The notes: generated from the sequence alone by a model not told the origin. A DNA stretch of 32,512 nt from Candidatus Hodarchaeota archaeon (GCA_016839785.1 JAEOTQ010000119.1:1-32512), one strand, 5' to 3'; positions 17,070 to 27,545 are shown, numbered from the stretch's first letter. Program-made: numbers and translations.

Positions 17070-18638
17070 CTAAGTATGCTTAAGAGATCTTAACTTTTCT
17101 TCTAATTTCCTTGATGCATCTGTAATAGATAGGCCACCTAAGGCAGTACATCTCAACTCATACGCAATGCTTTTGCCCACCTGATCCATAGCTTCGATAA
17201 CTTCTCCCAACGGAACAACAACATCATAATTAGCCAATGCCATATTAGCACAAGCCAGAGCATTACTTGCTGCCATGACATTTTTTCCCAGACATGGGAC
17301 TTCTACTCTATTAGCTACAGGATCACAAACCATCCCCAAACTATTCTGTAAGGCCATTGATGCTGCATCAATAGCTTGTTTTGTAGTACCGTTTTTTAGA
17401 GTCACAAGCCCTGCAGTCGCCATTCCAGAAGCTGATCCACATTCAGCTTGGCAACCTCCGATTTCAGCGGAAAAAGTACTTCCATTAGAAATGAAGATAC
17501 CTATCATACCTGCAGCAAGCATTGCGCGAATGATTTCGTCTTCAGATAAGTTCATGACACTGGAAGCCCCTAGTATAGTCCCTGGGATTGTCCCACAGGC
17601 ACCAGCAGTAGGAGCTGCAATGATTACTCCCATAGAACTTTTAATTTCCATCATAGCTGTGATATAAATAATAATTTGATTTAGGATACCACCATCAAGG
17701 AGGTTCCTGTTTTCCAGTTGAGCCTTATAATCTCCAGATTGAAAACCTAAGATTCTATCAGTATAATCAGTACCTTTTAGTCCAGCCTCAATCGATGTTT
17801 TCATAATCTTAATAAGGTGTTTCATTTTATTGAAAACTTCTTCAGAAGAAATATTGCCTCTGATACTCTCATAATGAGTAGCTAAATTCCATAGATCCCA
17901 ATTCTTCTTCTCATTATACCTTAGCATCTCTTCACAGGTTGTAAATGGTACATTCATATCTTTACGAGAAAGAATCGGTAAAACAGGACAAATTTCTTTA
18001 ATTTCTAGAATATTGAATTTCGAAAGAATATCATCCAAGATTTCTTTACTTAAGAAATTTTGGCCTTTTACTTCAATAAGGCGAGTTTCTTTATCTTTAA
18101 AGCTAATAATTTCGTCATTTACACGCAAATTTTGCAAATATTTCAAAACTGTTGATTCTTTCGTATAAATTAATGTTTCATAATAGTCTCCGAGAATTGA
18201 AACTTTCATCCTATCAATTTCAGTAATTTCTATCATCCCTCCACCAGTAGATATCGCTATTAGTTCATGGGTTTCTTCTTCATTCTTTAGTGTTAATTTA
18301 TAAGTGTTAGGATGTTCAGCTTTAATATCATTGATTATTATTTTTATATTGATCCCTGCGTCCGCAATTGCTTCATTATAAGTCGTTAGCCTCTCGTCAT
18401 CAGCCTCCCAACCGAGAAAACCTGCGCATAGGCCCATATCAGATCCTTGACTGTCATGAGTGGTCGCTAAGGAACCGTTTGGGTCAAATTCTATTAATAC
18501 CTCCTGAATATTTCCATCCATCAAATCTCGTGCCATTCTACCGATACGAACAGAAGCTGCACAATGAGAACTAGACGGGCCTCTCATTATTGGGCCCAAA
18601 ACATCATTAAAAATACTTGGATAATTGTTTACTGTCAT
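17070..18638 (-). CDS. Fe-S-dependent L-serine dehydratase, fused beta and alpha subunits
   Basis: GPIMRGPSSSH, HPNT and STGGG (beta); APTAGACG, GGCQAECG, CDPVANRVEVPC (alpha, three Fe-S Cys). Confidence 0.92.
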   Translation of the reverse strand: MTVNNYPSIFNDVLGPIMRGPSSSHCAASVRIGRMARDLMDGNIQEVLIEFDPNGSLATTHDSQGSDMGLCAGFLGWEADDERLTTYNEAIADAGINIKIIINDIKAEHPNTYKLTLKNEEETHELIAISTGGGMIEITEIDRMKVSILGDYYETLIYTKESTVLKYLQNLRVNDEIISFKDKETRLIEVKGQNFLSKEILDDILSKFNILEIKEICPVLPILSRKDMNVPFTTCEEMLRYNEKKNWDLWNLATHYESIRGNISSEEVFNKMKHLIKIMKTSIEAGLKGTDYTDRILGFQSGDYKAQLENRNLLDGGILNQIIIYITAMMEIKSSMGVIIAAPTAGACGTIPGTILGASSVMNLSEDEIIRAMLAAGMIGIFISNGSTFSAEIGGCQAECGSASGMATAGLVTLKNGTTKQAIDAASMALQNSLGMVCDPVANRVEVPCLGKNVMAASNALACANMALANYDVVVPLGEVIEAMDQVGKSIAYELRCTALGGLSITDASRKLEEKLRSLKHT

Positions 18639-18827
18639 TTAAGGGAACCTTCTAGGATTATACAGTGTGATTCAAGGAAGAAAATAATTACTTACTACCC
18701 AAGGGGTATCATTAAAACTTTAAATTTTTGCGAGTCCATTCGGAATTTCCTTACCTCGTACTAATTGAAATAAGTAATTAATTCCAGGGTAAATTGATTA
18801 ATTTTAGAAGACAGGCGTTCCATATTT

Positions 18828-19292
18828 ATGACTATCCTTAATTGGATCTCAATTAAATGTAATTGTAACTACGAATTTAAATTTGAGCTACCAAAAAGCA
18901 TTACTACTTGGATGTATCCAGAAATGGTCCAAACTTTGGTAGATGGCGGATATTCTCAAACCTCTTGTCCTGAATGTGGAATTTCTGTTATTATTAATGG
19001 TGCAATAATGGTGAATACACCGAAAGGCATTGTCACGATGCCTACTGGACCACCAGAAAAACTAATAGATATCCTACACAAACTTGAAATTGTGGATGAA
19101 ACTGGAAAACCCTTTTCTTCACAGGAAATTTCAAATAGCCTCCAGAATAATATGCAAAATCTTGATGAAAATCCTCTCCTCAAGGAACAGGCAGAAATGA
19201 ATGAAATTTTCAAAGAACCTAAGAAATATTTTGAAAAGATCTTGGTAGGAGAAAAGGAAAAGAAAAAGAAAAAGAGATTTGGACTGTTTTAG
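18828..19292 (+). CDS. CpXC-domain Zn-binding protein with polybasic-hydrophobic C-terminus
   Basis: IKCNCNYEF...SI...P...CPECG; ends in KEKKKKKRFGLF. Confidence 0.65.
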   Translation: MTILNWISIKCNCNYEFKFELPKSITTWMYPEMVQTLVDGGYSQTSCPECGISVIINGAIMVNTPKGIVTMPTGPPEKLIDILHKLEIVDETGKPFSSQEISNSLQNNMQNLDENPLLKEQAEMNEIFKEPKKYFEKILVGEKEKKKKKRFGLF

Positions 19293-19328
19293 AAAAGGAA
19301 AGACTCTGAGTATCTCCTGGATGTAGGC

Positions 19329-20504
19329 TCAAAGGATCTTTTGTATGATATAATGACTCACAAGATAACAAAGTACCACTGATACTGGAAAGACAATAAC
19401 AAGTTTGACCACAGCAAAGAGGGGGATAAAAGTAAACACAAGGGATACAGCAACAACGACAGGTGGGTGAACGAGATACATAGGAAAAGCACTCGCCGAT
19501 AGATTCTCAAGGAGGGGACTTTGGGTGTTAAATCTGGTATAAAAAGTTGGAATCAAGACAAAAACCATTCCCATACATATGATATTATCAACCAGTGAGA
19601 ATACTAGTGCAGGTAAAGTGGGTCCGCCTAATAAAACACTAAAATCTGCATCAAACCCAATAGATGCAAAAACATACAGGTAAAACACTACAAATGTAAT
19701 GACTATTATCCGTGACCAGATTCTGACCAGATCGTGACTATCTTGATACATTTGTTCAAACCAATTATATCGAGCGGCGATTATTCCAACACTGAACATC
19801 ATGAGGTATTGGGGAAAAAATCCAAATGGGAAACCCCAAGGGAAACTATCAACGGGAGAAAGAAGACGAAACAAAAAAGTTCCAAAACCTAAAGCAACCG
19901 CTATAAGGAGTAAATAGTAAAATTTCGGGATAGAAAGTTCTTTTGGAACGTATCGCTGTAAAGATATTCGATTGGTTAACTGCCGCCAAAGTGTATACAG
20001 GAATGTGAAGATAAGTAAACCAAGAAGAAACCACATCGGACCAGATCTTGTAAGAAACTTTATTATTTGCTCTAATGATTGAAATTGATTCAAATAATAA
20101 TCTAAAAAGGACTCTTGTAAGCCTTCAAAAACCTCTACTATATAATACAGGATTGGATTTATAAGGATGATATACAAAAGTAAAGGAATACCGAGGCGGA
20201 GAAGACGCTCCTTCCAAAAGGTAGAGAGACCTTTGCGATCAAAACTTTTAGGTGTAAAATAGGCACTCATCAAAAAGAATAATCCCATGAGTGATGATTG
20301 GAACAGTCCACCGATTGAGGTTATCGTCTGAAAAAAGATATAACTCATAAGATCAAGGTCCCCCCCTTCAATATAATACCACCCACCCGTTCCACCATAA
20401 GTGACTCTCACATGCTGGAAGATTACTAGTACGGCAAATAGAAATTTTATATTATCAAGAAAGAGGTACCGGGGTTTCTTAGGTGCTATAGATTCTGTAT
20501 TCAT
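19329..20504 (-). CDS. Acyltransferase family 3 (OpgC/OafA-like) membrane protein, copy 2
   Basis: FLDNIK...VIFQH, MGLFFLMSAYF, KERLLRLGIP, GPMWFL, MYLVH; about 10 TM segments. Confidence 0.9.
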   Translation of the reverse strand: MNTESIAPKKPRYLFLDNIKFLFAVLVIFQHVRVTYGGTGGWYYIEGGDLDLMSYIFFQTITSIGGLFQSSLMGLFFLMSAYFTPKSFDRKGLSTFWKERLLRLGIPLLLYIILINPILYYIVEVFEGLQESFLDYYLNQFQSLEQIIKFLTRSGPMWFLLGLLIFTFLYTLWRQLTNRISLQRYVPKELSIPKFYYLLLIAVALGFGTFLFRLLSPVDSFPWGFPFGFFPQYLMMFSVGIIAARYNWFEQMYQDSHDLVRIWSRIIVITFVVFYLYVFASIGFDADFSVLLGGPTLPALVFSLVDNIICMGMVFVLIPTFYTRFNTQSPLLENLSASAFPMYLVHPPVVVAVSLVFTFIPLFAVVKLVIVFPVSVVLCYLVSHYIIQKIL

Positions 20505-20523
20505 TGGAGCAGTTCACCATTTA

Positions 20524-21717
20524 CTATCCTAGAATTTTACGCAACCCATACTGACTTGCTAGATAGCAGACGAAAACGGCCAGTAGAAAGACAATGATGA
20601 GTTTAAGAACAGGGAAAAGCGGGATGGAGATAAAAACAAGGGATATAGCAACAAGGATGGGTGCGTGAATTAGGTACATATGAAAGGAGCTATCAGATAA
20701 TTTCTTGATGAATATCCCCTGAGTGTTGAATTTTAAATAGAAAATCGGAATTAAAACAAAAATCATTCCCATACATACCATATTATCGACGAGCGCGAAA
20801 ACAAGGGCAGACAGGTTGGGCCCTCCAAATACAACACTGTAATCTGAGTCGACTCCCATAAATAGGATGAAGTACAGAAAGAATAATACTACTGTTGCTG
20901 CGATAATACTAGACCAGACCTTGATATGATCCTTAGATATCTTCTCAAACCAATCATATCGAGCAGTGATAACACCCACCGCAAACATCATGAAATACTG
21001 AATCAAATAACCAAAGGGGATTCCTAATGGAAACCTGTCGACTGGGGCAACGAATCGAACTAAAAATGCAACACATCCTAGACCAATGGCAATCAGGAAT
21101 AAATAAACATTCCTTGGTATGGCTAATTCTTTCGGAATGTTTTGCTGTAATGATTCGGATCTTGAAACCTGTCGCCATAGCGTGTAGATAAATGTGAAGA
21201 TGAGCAAGACGTAGAGGAACCACATTGGGCCAGTATCGGTAAGAAAATCAATTAACGTTTCCAGTGATTTGAATTGAGCAAAATAATAATCTAGAAGAGA
21301 TCCTTGTAGATTGGGGTACGAAGTCCAAGGTTCAATTCCTAATACAGAAAGAGTATAGAACATAATGGGATTAATTACCAGAACGTACAAAATGAGAGGA
21401 ACACCAAGACGCAGCAGGCGTTCTTTCCAGAAAACAGAAAGGTTTTTTCGATCAAAACTCTTGGGGGTCAGAAATCCAGCCAATAGGAAGAATAACCCGA
21501 GGAGGGAGGCTTGAAAAATTCCTCCAAATGAAGCTAGTGTTTGAAAAAAGATCGTACTGAGAAGATCTAGGGTATTTTCTTCGATATAATACCACCATCC
21601 TGACCCCTCATATGTGACTCTTGCATGATTAAAAATAACGAGAATTGCAAACATGAGCTTGATGTTATCAAGAAAGACGTACCGTGGTTTTTTCAGTTCG
21701 ATAGATTCTGTAGTCAT
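20524..21717 (-). CDS. Acyltransferase family 3 (OpgC/OafA-like) membrane protein, copy 1
   Basis: Same motifs (FLDNIK, LFFLLAGF, KERLLRLGVP, GPMWFL, MYLIH); close tandem paralog. Confidence 0.9.
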   Translation of the reverse strand: MTTESIELKKPRYVFLDNIKLMFAILVIFNHARVTYEGSGWWYYIEENTLDLLSTIFFQTLASFGGIFQASLLGLFFLLAGFLTPKSFDRKNLSVFWKERLLRLGVPLILYVLVINPIMFYTLSVLGIEPWTSYPNLQGSLLDYYFAQFKSLETLIDFLTDTGPMWFLYVLLIFTFIYTLWRQVSRSESLQQNIPKELAIPRNVYLFLIAIGLGCVAFLVRFVAPVDRFPLGIPFGYLIQYFMMFAVGVITARYDWFEKISKDHIKVWSSIIAATVVLFFLYFILFMGVDSDYSVVFGGPNLSALVFALVDNMVCMGMIFVLIPIFYLKFNTQGIFIKKLSDSSFHMYLIHAPILVAISLVFISIPLFPVLKLIIVFLLAVFVCYLASQYGLRKILG

Positions 21718-21896
21718 CCGAATACTTCACCTTTGAGTAAATCCCAGTAGAGAGGTGATATCATAAGTAGTATCCTTAAATAATTTTGGAATAAAATGTG
21801 TATTACCACGGGTTATAGCTCTTAACTAACTCAAATTCTCTCCATTGGGGTTTCGAAGAGAAGTTTTTGATCTATTCTTAATTCAGAAATAGTATA

Positions 21897-22736
21897 TTGG
21901 AGGTCATTTGGCTGCCCTTTAAATCCGAAATGAAACCCTTTCTTAACGAAACTATCCCTTCTTATTGGTTCATTTTTCGTGAAAACTTATTATTAGTAGA
22001 ATTTGCAGATGATTCGGCCTCTATTCCTTTTTACTCGAATTTAAGCAAATTAAATATGTCTTTGGAACTGAACCAACCCATATATTTTGGGGCATTTGAA
22101 ACTATCCCGTGTTATTACTTCGAAGCTTCCAATGATCTTGAAATTCCAAAGAAAATGTCATTTCAAAGCATCCGCAAATTATTTGGGTTATTAAACGAAG
22201 AATTACTCTGGGTAGCAGGACGAGCGTTTCAACTCTTGGTTTGGGATAAAAATTCTCAATATTGTGGTCGATGTGGGAATCCTACAGAATTAAAGTTCGA
22301 TGAACGAGCAAAAATATGTCCAGAATGCAGTTTACTTGTTTTTCCCCGAATTTCTCCTGCAATAATTGTTGGAATCATCGATCAGCAGAAAAAGAAAATA
22401 TTGTTGGCCAATGGAACACGTTTCCCTGCAAGCTTCTATAGTGTTCTTGCAGGTTTTGTTGAACCAGGGGAGACGCTTGAGGAATGTGTTAGACGAGAAG
22501 TCCTTGAAGAAGTGGGAATTGAAGTTAATAATATTCGATACTTTGGTAGCCAATCTTGGCCTTTTCCTGATTCTCTTATGATAGGTTTTCTTGCAGATTA
22601 TGCAACTGGCCAAATTGTAATAAATCCAATTGAGATAAACGATGCAAACTGGTTTACTGCAGATAATCTTCCTCAAGTACCTGGTGAAATCAGTATTGCT
22701 AGAAAAATTATTGATTGGTTTGTGCAAAATTACTGA
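21897..22736 (+). CDS. nudC: NADH pyrophosphatase / NAD-cap decapping Nudix hydrolase
   Basis: CGRCG...CPEC Zn ribbon, PRISPAII, Nudix box GFVEPGETLEECVRREVLEEVG, SQSWPFPDS signature. Confidence 0.93.
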   Translation: MEVIWLPFKSEMKPFLNETIPSYWFIFRENLLLVEFADDSASIPFYSNLSKLNMSLELNQPIYFGAFETIPCYYFEASNDLEIPKKMSFQSIRKLFGLLNEELLWVAGRAFQLLVWDKNSQYCGRCGNPTELKFDERAKICPECSLLVFPRISPAIIVGIIDQQKKKILLANGTRFPASFYSVLAGFVEPGETLEECVRREVLEEVGIEVNNIRYFGSQSWPFPDSLMIGFLADYATGQIVINPIEINDANWFTADNLPQVPGEISIARKIIDWFVQNY

Positions 22737-22830
22737 AAGTTTCTTCACGCCTTTAGAATATTAATTAAGTATAAAAAGAGGAATACCAATGCCCTTTGAC
22801 TGCATTGATATTAAATATTCTGTTTTTAAT

Positions 22831-23685
22831 TTATTTGAATTCTCGTTTCTGGCCAAAAGGATTGTCAAAGATCAATAACGCCCCGAGAATCGCCAAAACC
22901 CCAATAGCAGCAATGAAAACCAATTGGCCTAAGGGAAATACACCGTAACCTTCTTTAATAATCTGATCAGTAATTTCGAGGCCATCGAGATAGTAGTAGA
23001 ACGAAGAATATTGAAGGAGGTCTGCAATGGTTTCCATCCCTTCGGCTATACTAAATAATCCTGCGAGGATGTCAAGAAGGAAAGAGCCTCCAAGAAGTAA
23101 CCCACCAAACCCTAGAGTTTTTCCTGTATCCATGAAGATAACTGAAATAAGAACTACGATCGCAGTGAGAGTCATATAAAGAACCCATCGACTAGTTAAA
23201 CCCAAAAAGAATGCCATTAGACCACGTGGTTGAAATGCGATTCCAGGTATAATTAAAGCGCCCAACACCGCCCCTCCAGCTGTTAATATGGGGAAGGAAG
23301 CTGTTACTGTTAAGAATGCAAGGAACTTTTCTAATAAAAATCGTCGGCGATTAACTGGAAAACTCAGCATAAAATCCAAACTCCCAGAATCTACTTCACG
23401 GGAGATGGCTTGCACTCCAAAAAGCAATATAACTCCCATATAAAATATATCAGATAGTATGAACAACTCCATGGTAAGTAAACCCTCAACTGAGGTAAGA
23501 CCTGAAGCTTCTCCGAGTATGGCTTCATAAAAAGGAAGTTCTAGCATCTGTTGTAAGGCCTCGACATAAGGTTCGAAACCCGGCCAGAGTGCCACCATTA
23601 ACAGCGAAAAACCAGCCGTTACAAAAGAAACGGCGGACCAGGCTAACCATTTTTTACGTAGTTGTTTTGTATAAATCTCTAACAT
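22831..23685 (-). CDS. ABC-2 type transporter permease
   Basis: About 6 TM segments; ISREVDSGSLDFMLSFPVNR...LLEKF motif; 2 nt downstream of the ABC ATPase. Confidence 0.88.
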   Translation of the reverse strand: MLEIYTKQLRKKWLAWSAVSFVTAGFSLLMVALWPGFEPYVEALQQMLELPFYEAILGEASGLTSVEGLLTMELFILSDIFYMGVILLFGVQAISREVDSGSLDFMLSFPVNRRRFLLEKFLAFLTVTASFPILTAGGAVLGALIIPGIAFQPRGLMAFFLGLTSRWVLYMTLTAIVVLISVIFMDTGKTLGFGGLLLGGSFLLDILAGLFSIAEGMETIADLLQYSSFYYYLDGLEITDQIIKEGYGVFPLGQLVFIAAIGVLAILGALLIFDNPFGQKREFK

Positions 23686-23687
23686 TT

Positions 23688-24662
23688 TTATTCCTCCTTC
23701 ATTCCTTCCTCTATCAAATCTAATTCATCCTTATAGTAAGTCAGAAAGATGTCTTCTAAACTGCTGTCTGTGAGCGTCATCCTCTTGATCCTTCTGGCGG
23801 TGACAAATTTCATGAGATCATTCACATCCTCTTGGACCTTGACGATAAAAATATCAGCCTTTTTCTCTACGCTGAATACGTTTGGAATAGCCTGAAATTC
23901 AGCTACATCAGGCGCCTCCCCATCACTGAATTCAACAGTTAACTGCTGCATGGACTTTGTTCTAAGCTCCTTTACCGTTTCAACTACAATAATCCTTCCT
24001 TTTCTAATAATACCAACGCGATCACAAATTTCCTGCACTTCCATTAGATTGTGACTCGAAAGAAAAATCGTTTTTCCCTCATCCCGCATATGTAGTAGTA
24101 AACGATGGAACCGTGCAGCCATTAAGGGATCTAAGCCACTGGAAGGTTCATCAAGAATGACCAAGTCAGGGTTAGAAGCTAATGCAGCAATAATAATAAC
24201 TTGTTGTCGGTTGCCTGTTGATAAGTTATTAAACTCGAGAGTGAGGTCTACCTTGAACGTGGATCTCAATCTGTTCAAGAATTTTTGATCGATTTGCCTA
24301 AACTTCCCAAAATACGAAATTATCTCCTCTCCGGTAAAATTTCCATATAAATCAATTTCACTGCGAATAAAACCAAGGCTTTCCCTAATTTCAAGGGCAT
24401 CTTTCAGGTAATCGAGACCGTTGATCTTTATGTTCCCTGATTTGATGGATAGATACCCAAGAATAGAACGGATAGTGGTTGTCTTTCCTGCGCCATTGGG
24501 ACCAAGAAACCCAAAGATTTCTCCTTTATTGACGGAAAAACTCACGTCAGTTACCGCTTCAACACGACGTCCAATTTTACGGGAACCGAGTTGAAATTCT
24601 CTGCCATAAACCTTGGTCAAGTTTTTTACTTGAAGGACAGATGGATTTTCACTAGCACTCAT
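23688..24662 (-). CDS. ABC transporter ATP-binding protein (multidrug/CcmA-like)
   Basis: GPNGAGKT, LSTGNRQ, ILDEP, LSSH; ATG at 24662 with SD AGGAG preferred over the ORF-track start at 24734. Confidence 0.93.
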   Translation of the reverse strand: MSASENPSVLQVKNLTKVYGREFQLGSRKIGRRVEAVTDVSFSVNKGEIFGFLGPNGAGKTTTIRSILGYLSIKSGNIKINGLDYLKDALEIRESLGFIRSEIDLYGNFTGEEIISYFGKFRQIDQKFLNRLRSTFKVDLTLEFNNLSTGNRQQVIIIAALASNPDLVILDEPSSGLDPLMAARFHRLLLHMRDEGKTIFLSSHNLMEVQEICDRVGIIRKGRIIVVETVKELRTKSMQQLTVEFSDGEAPDVAEFQAIPNVFSVEKKADIFIVKVQEDVNDLMKFVTARRIKRMTLTDSSLEDIFLTYYKDELDLIEEGMKEE

Positions 24663-24920
24663 TATAAGAACTCCTATTAATTGCGAAAGTGAGGCAATTC
24701 TTACAAATTTAAATTTATTTTCTTGTTTATACAAATTTTTTCAAAACCAGTGAGTCGAATAGAATTCACTTTAAATCTCATTTCGGACTGCAAACTCTCC
24801 CAATTTGCTACCATCAATATTCTCAATTAGTAAACCTAATTCCTATTGAGTCTAAGCAGTTGAAAAAACCTAAAAGTGAATTAACCAAATCAAAGAAAAA
24901 GCTCTTCGGAAGTACTGACC

Positions 24921-27545
24921 ATGCTCAATAGCCAAAAAAATACTTTAATTAAGATCGTAGGTGCAGGGGGAATTTCTATCATATTAATTGTCGGTTTACT
25001 CACTCCTTTAGGAATAATTCCCCCACTCGGTTCCCTACTGTTACCTGGTGACGGAATATGGAAAGTTCCTCAGGAAATTTCCCACTTTGAAGAATTAAGT
25101 TATTCTGGACTTTCAGATAAAGTGAATGTCTTTCGTGATGAATGGGGTGTCCCACATATTTATGGGTCAAATTTTGGTGATATCGTCTTTGCACTGGGTT
25201 ATTGTCATGCTCAAGATCGATTTTTCGAAATGGATATGGCACGAAGGAGTGTCCGAGGGTTACTCTCCGAAATATTAGGGCCGGAAATGCTTGACCAAGA
25301 CAGATTTAATCTCATGAAACTGGAGGAGTACTGGGCTAACGAAACATTAAAAGTATTAGCATCGAACAGTGATCCTGATATACAAGAAATGTATGATGAT
25401 TTTATATTATATACAGCTGGAGTGAACTTGTATCTTTCAGAGCATTCTGATACCAAACCTGTCGAGTACCATCTTCTCGACGCAGATTTTCGTTCATGGG
25501 AGATGATAGATAGCTTGTGTATGGTGAAATACCTTTCCGAATATTTTACGTGGAATTATCATGATATGGATCGGTTTAATGTCGTAAATTCAATAGGATT
25601 TGATGCTTATACTGAATTATTCGGCTATCCTTTTCCTTACCAAATTCCAGTTACCCCTGGGTATGGAGAATATGATGATGTATCTTACCCCTCGGAAATA
25701 TCAGGTTCAATTGACAAGGAGTTTTATACAGAGGCTGAAATGCGTATTGTACAATTTGCTGATTCGTTTCAAACTAGCTTAGAACGCCTACCGCAGGAAA
25801 AAGAGCGATTAGGTCGTGAATCAGACATCCTAGGGGCTACTCTCCAAGGGTCAAACAATTGGGCTGTTTCAGGAAATAGAACTTCTACGGGAAAACCGAT
25901 ATTAGCAACAGATATGCATGCAGGCTGGCCTCTCCCCGGAATTTGGTATGAGGCGCATTTAGTTGATATCACTTCAGATTTCAATGTATATGGATTATGT
26001 TTTCCTGGAATCCCTTTTCCCATTACTGGCAATACCAGGTACATTGGATGGGCAAACACCATCGCCATGTTTGATATGATTGACTGGTATTACTACGACA
26101 CAATTGATGCTTCTCATTACTGGTATAAAGGTCAATCTTTGGAGTATGAAACAATAGAGGTAACTATTCCAGTTAAAGGTCGTTCTCCTGAGACTTTTAC
26201 AATTAAATCAACGGTTCATGGCCCTGTTTTCACTGATTTGGTTCCTACTCCTGCTGAATATTCCGATCTCGCAATTGCTTGTAAATGGGTTGCTCAAAAT
26301 GTTACTCGGGATTATCTCGCTATCTGGGGATATCTGCATGCTCAAAATGCACAGGAATTTGATGAAGCCTCACAATATATGGAAATGTTACCCTTAAACA
26401 TTGTGTATGCGGATATTCATGGGAATATCGGTATCCGACCTAACGCCAAGGTTCCGATACGAAATGATACAGGGATTCCCTCATGGAATCCAGGTGGAGG
26501 CTCAATGATGTATAACGGATCCGCTGGTCACGGAGAATGGATTGGTTATCTTCCCTTTGAAGAATTACCTCATGCTGAAAATCCTTCACAAGGATATCTC
26601 TGTTCTGCAAATCAAATTATTGCTGGACCTGATTATCCAAATATTGAAATTGTTAATCAAGCTGGGACGGCAATGGGTTATCGTGCAAGACGGTTGAACA
26701 ACCTACTGGCCTCTGATGACCACATAACAATGGAAGATATGAAAGATTTTCAATTGGATGTTTATAGTGTTCGTGCAGGAAACTTCACCCCGCATTTCTT
26801 AGACGTTCTCGAATCAATTCCCTCTCCCACACCCTTACAACAATCGGTACTTGATGAATTATCCTCATGGGATTTCATAATGGACAAAGATGAGGTTGCT
26901 CCCACCATTTTTAATATCTGGTTTGAAGCTTATCATTCAGCTACCTTTGATGACGAAATTCTGGAGTATGATCTTCCAAGATCCCCCTCTTGGGCAGTTT
27001 TAGAAAAATTTACGAGAGAAAATGCTACTTCTAAGTGGTTTGATAACATATCTACATTAACTATAGAATCAAGGGATGATATCATTCTACAAGCGTTCGA
27101 TACTGCGCTTGATGCCTTGGAACGATATTTTGAGACCGATGACATCTCTAAATGGACATGGGGTACTATCCATCAACTTCTCTTCTGGCATATTTCTGGA
27201 CTTCTTCCGTTCGATGCTGGTCCTTTTCCTGGTGATGGAACTGGAGTCACTCTAAATCCATCTGGGACTGATAATTTTAACAACGGTAACGTAAGACGAC
27301 AATCTGCCATGGGAGGTGCCTCTGAAAGAATGATTATTGATTTTGCTAATTTTAGTAATTCTCTCTCAGTTCTCCCTTCGGGACAACGTGGGATTTCTAC
27401 TTCTAAACACTATACAGATCAACTCGAAAAATTATTCTTGAATGGGGAATATCACTACACTCATTTCGATTTGGATACTCCAGAAAAGATTGTGACAGGA
27501 ATTAAAATCGAATCAAGAATAGTTTTCAACCCAGGAGGAGATTAA
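24921..27545 (+). CDS. Penicillin acylase family protein (peptidase S45, Ntn hydrolase), N-terminally anchored
   Basis: RDEWGVPHI, GYCHAQDRFFEMD, catalytic GSNNWAVSG, GYLCSANQ, GYRARR, PSGQRG. Confidence 0.93.
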   Translation: MLNSQKNTLIKIVGAGGISIILIVGLLTPLGIIPPLGSLLLPGDGIWKVPQEISHFEELSYSGLSDKVNVFRDEWGVPHIYGSNFGDIVFALGYCHAQDRFFEMDMARRSVRGLLSEILGPEMLDQDRFNLMKLEEYWANETLKVLASNSDPDIQEMYDDFILYTAGVNLYLSEHSDTKPVEYHLLDADFRSWEMIDSLCMVKYLSEYFTWNYHDMDRFNVVNSIGFDAYTELFGYPFPYQIPVTPGYGEYDDVSYPSEISGSIDKEFYTEAEMRIVQFADSFQTSLERLPQEKERLGRESDILGATLQGSNNWAVSGNRTSTGKPILATDMHAGWPLPGIWYEAHLVDITSDFNVYGLCFPGIPFPITGNTRYIGWANTIAMFDMIDWYYYDTIDASHYWYKGQSLEYETIEVTIPVKGRSPETFTIKSTVHGPVFTDLVPTPAEYSDLAIACKWVAQNVTRDYLAIWGYLHAQNAQEFDEASQYMEMLPLNIVYADIHGNIGIRPNAKVPIRNDTGIPSWNPGGGSMMYNGSAGHGEWIGYLPFEELPHAENPSQGYLCSANQIIAGPDYPNIEIVNQAGTAMGYRARRLNNLLASDDHITMEDMKDFQLDVYSVRAGNFTPHFLDVLESIPSPTPLQQSVLDELSSWDFIMDKDEVAPTIFNIWFEAYHSATFDDEILEYDLPRSPSWAVLEKFTRENATSKWFDNISTLTIESRDDIILQAFDTALDALERYFETDDISKWTWGTIHQLLFWHISGLLPFDAGPFPGDGTGVTLNPSGTDNFNNGNVRRQSAMGGASERMIIDFANFSNSLSVLPSGQRGISTSKHYTDQLEKLFLNGEYHYTHFDLDTPEKIVTGIKIESRIVFNPGGD

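Noticed and set aside
24651-24680. CIRCE-like half site TAGCACTC
   Set aside because: Only one arm is present, it lies inside the start of the ABC gene, and it is far from the chaperone genes.
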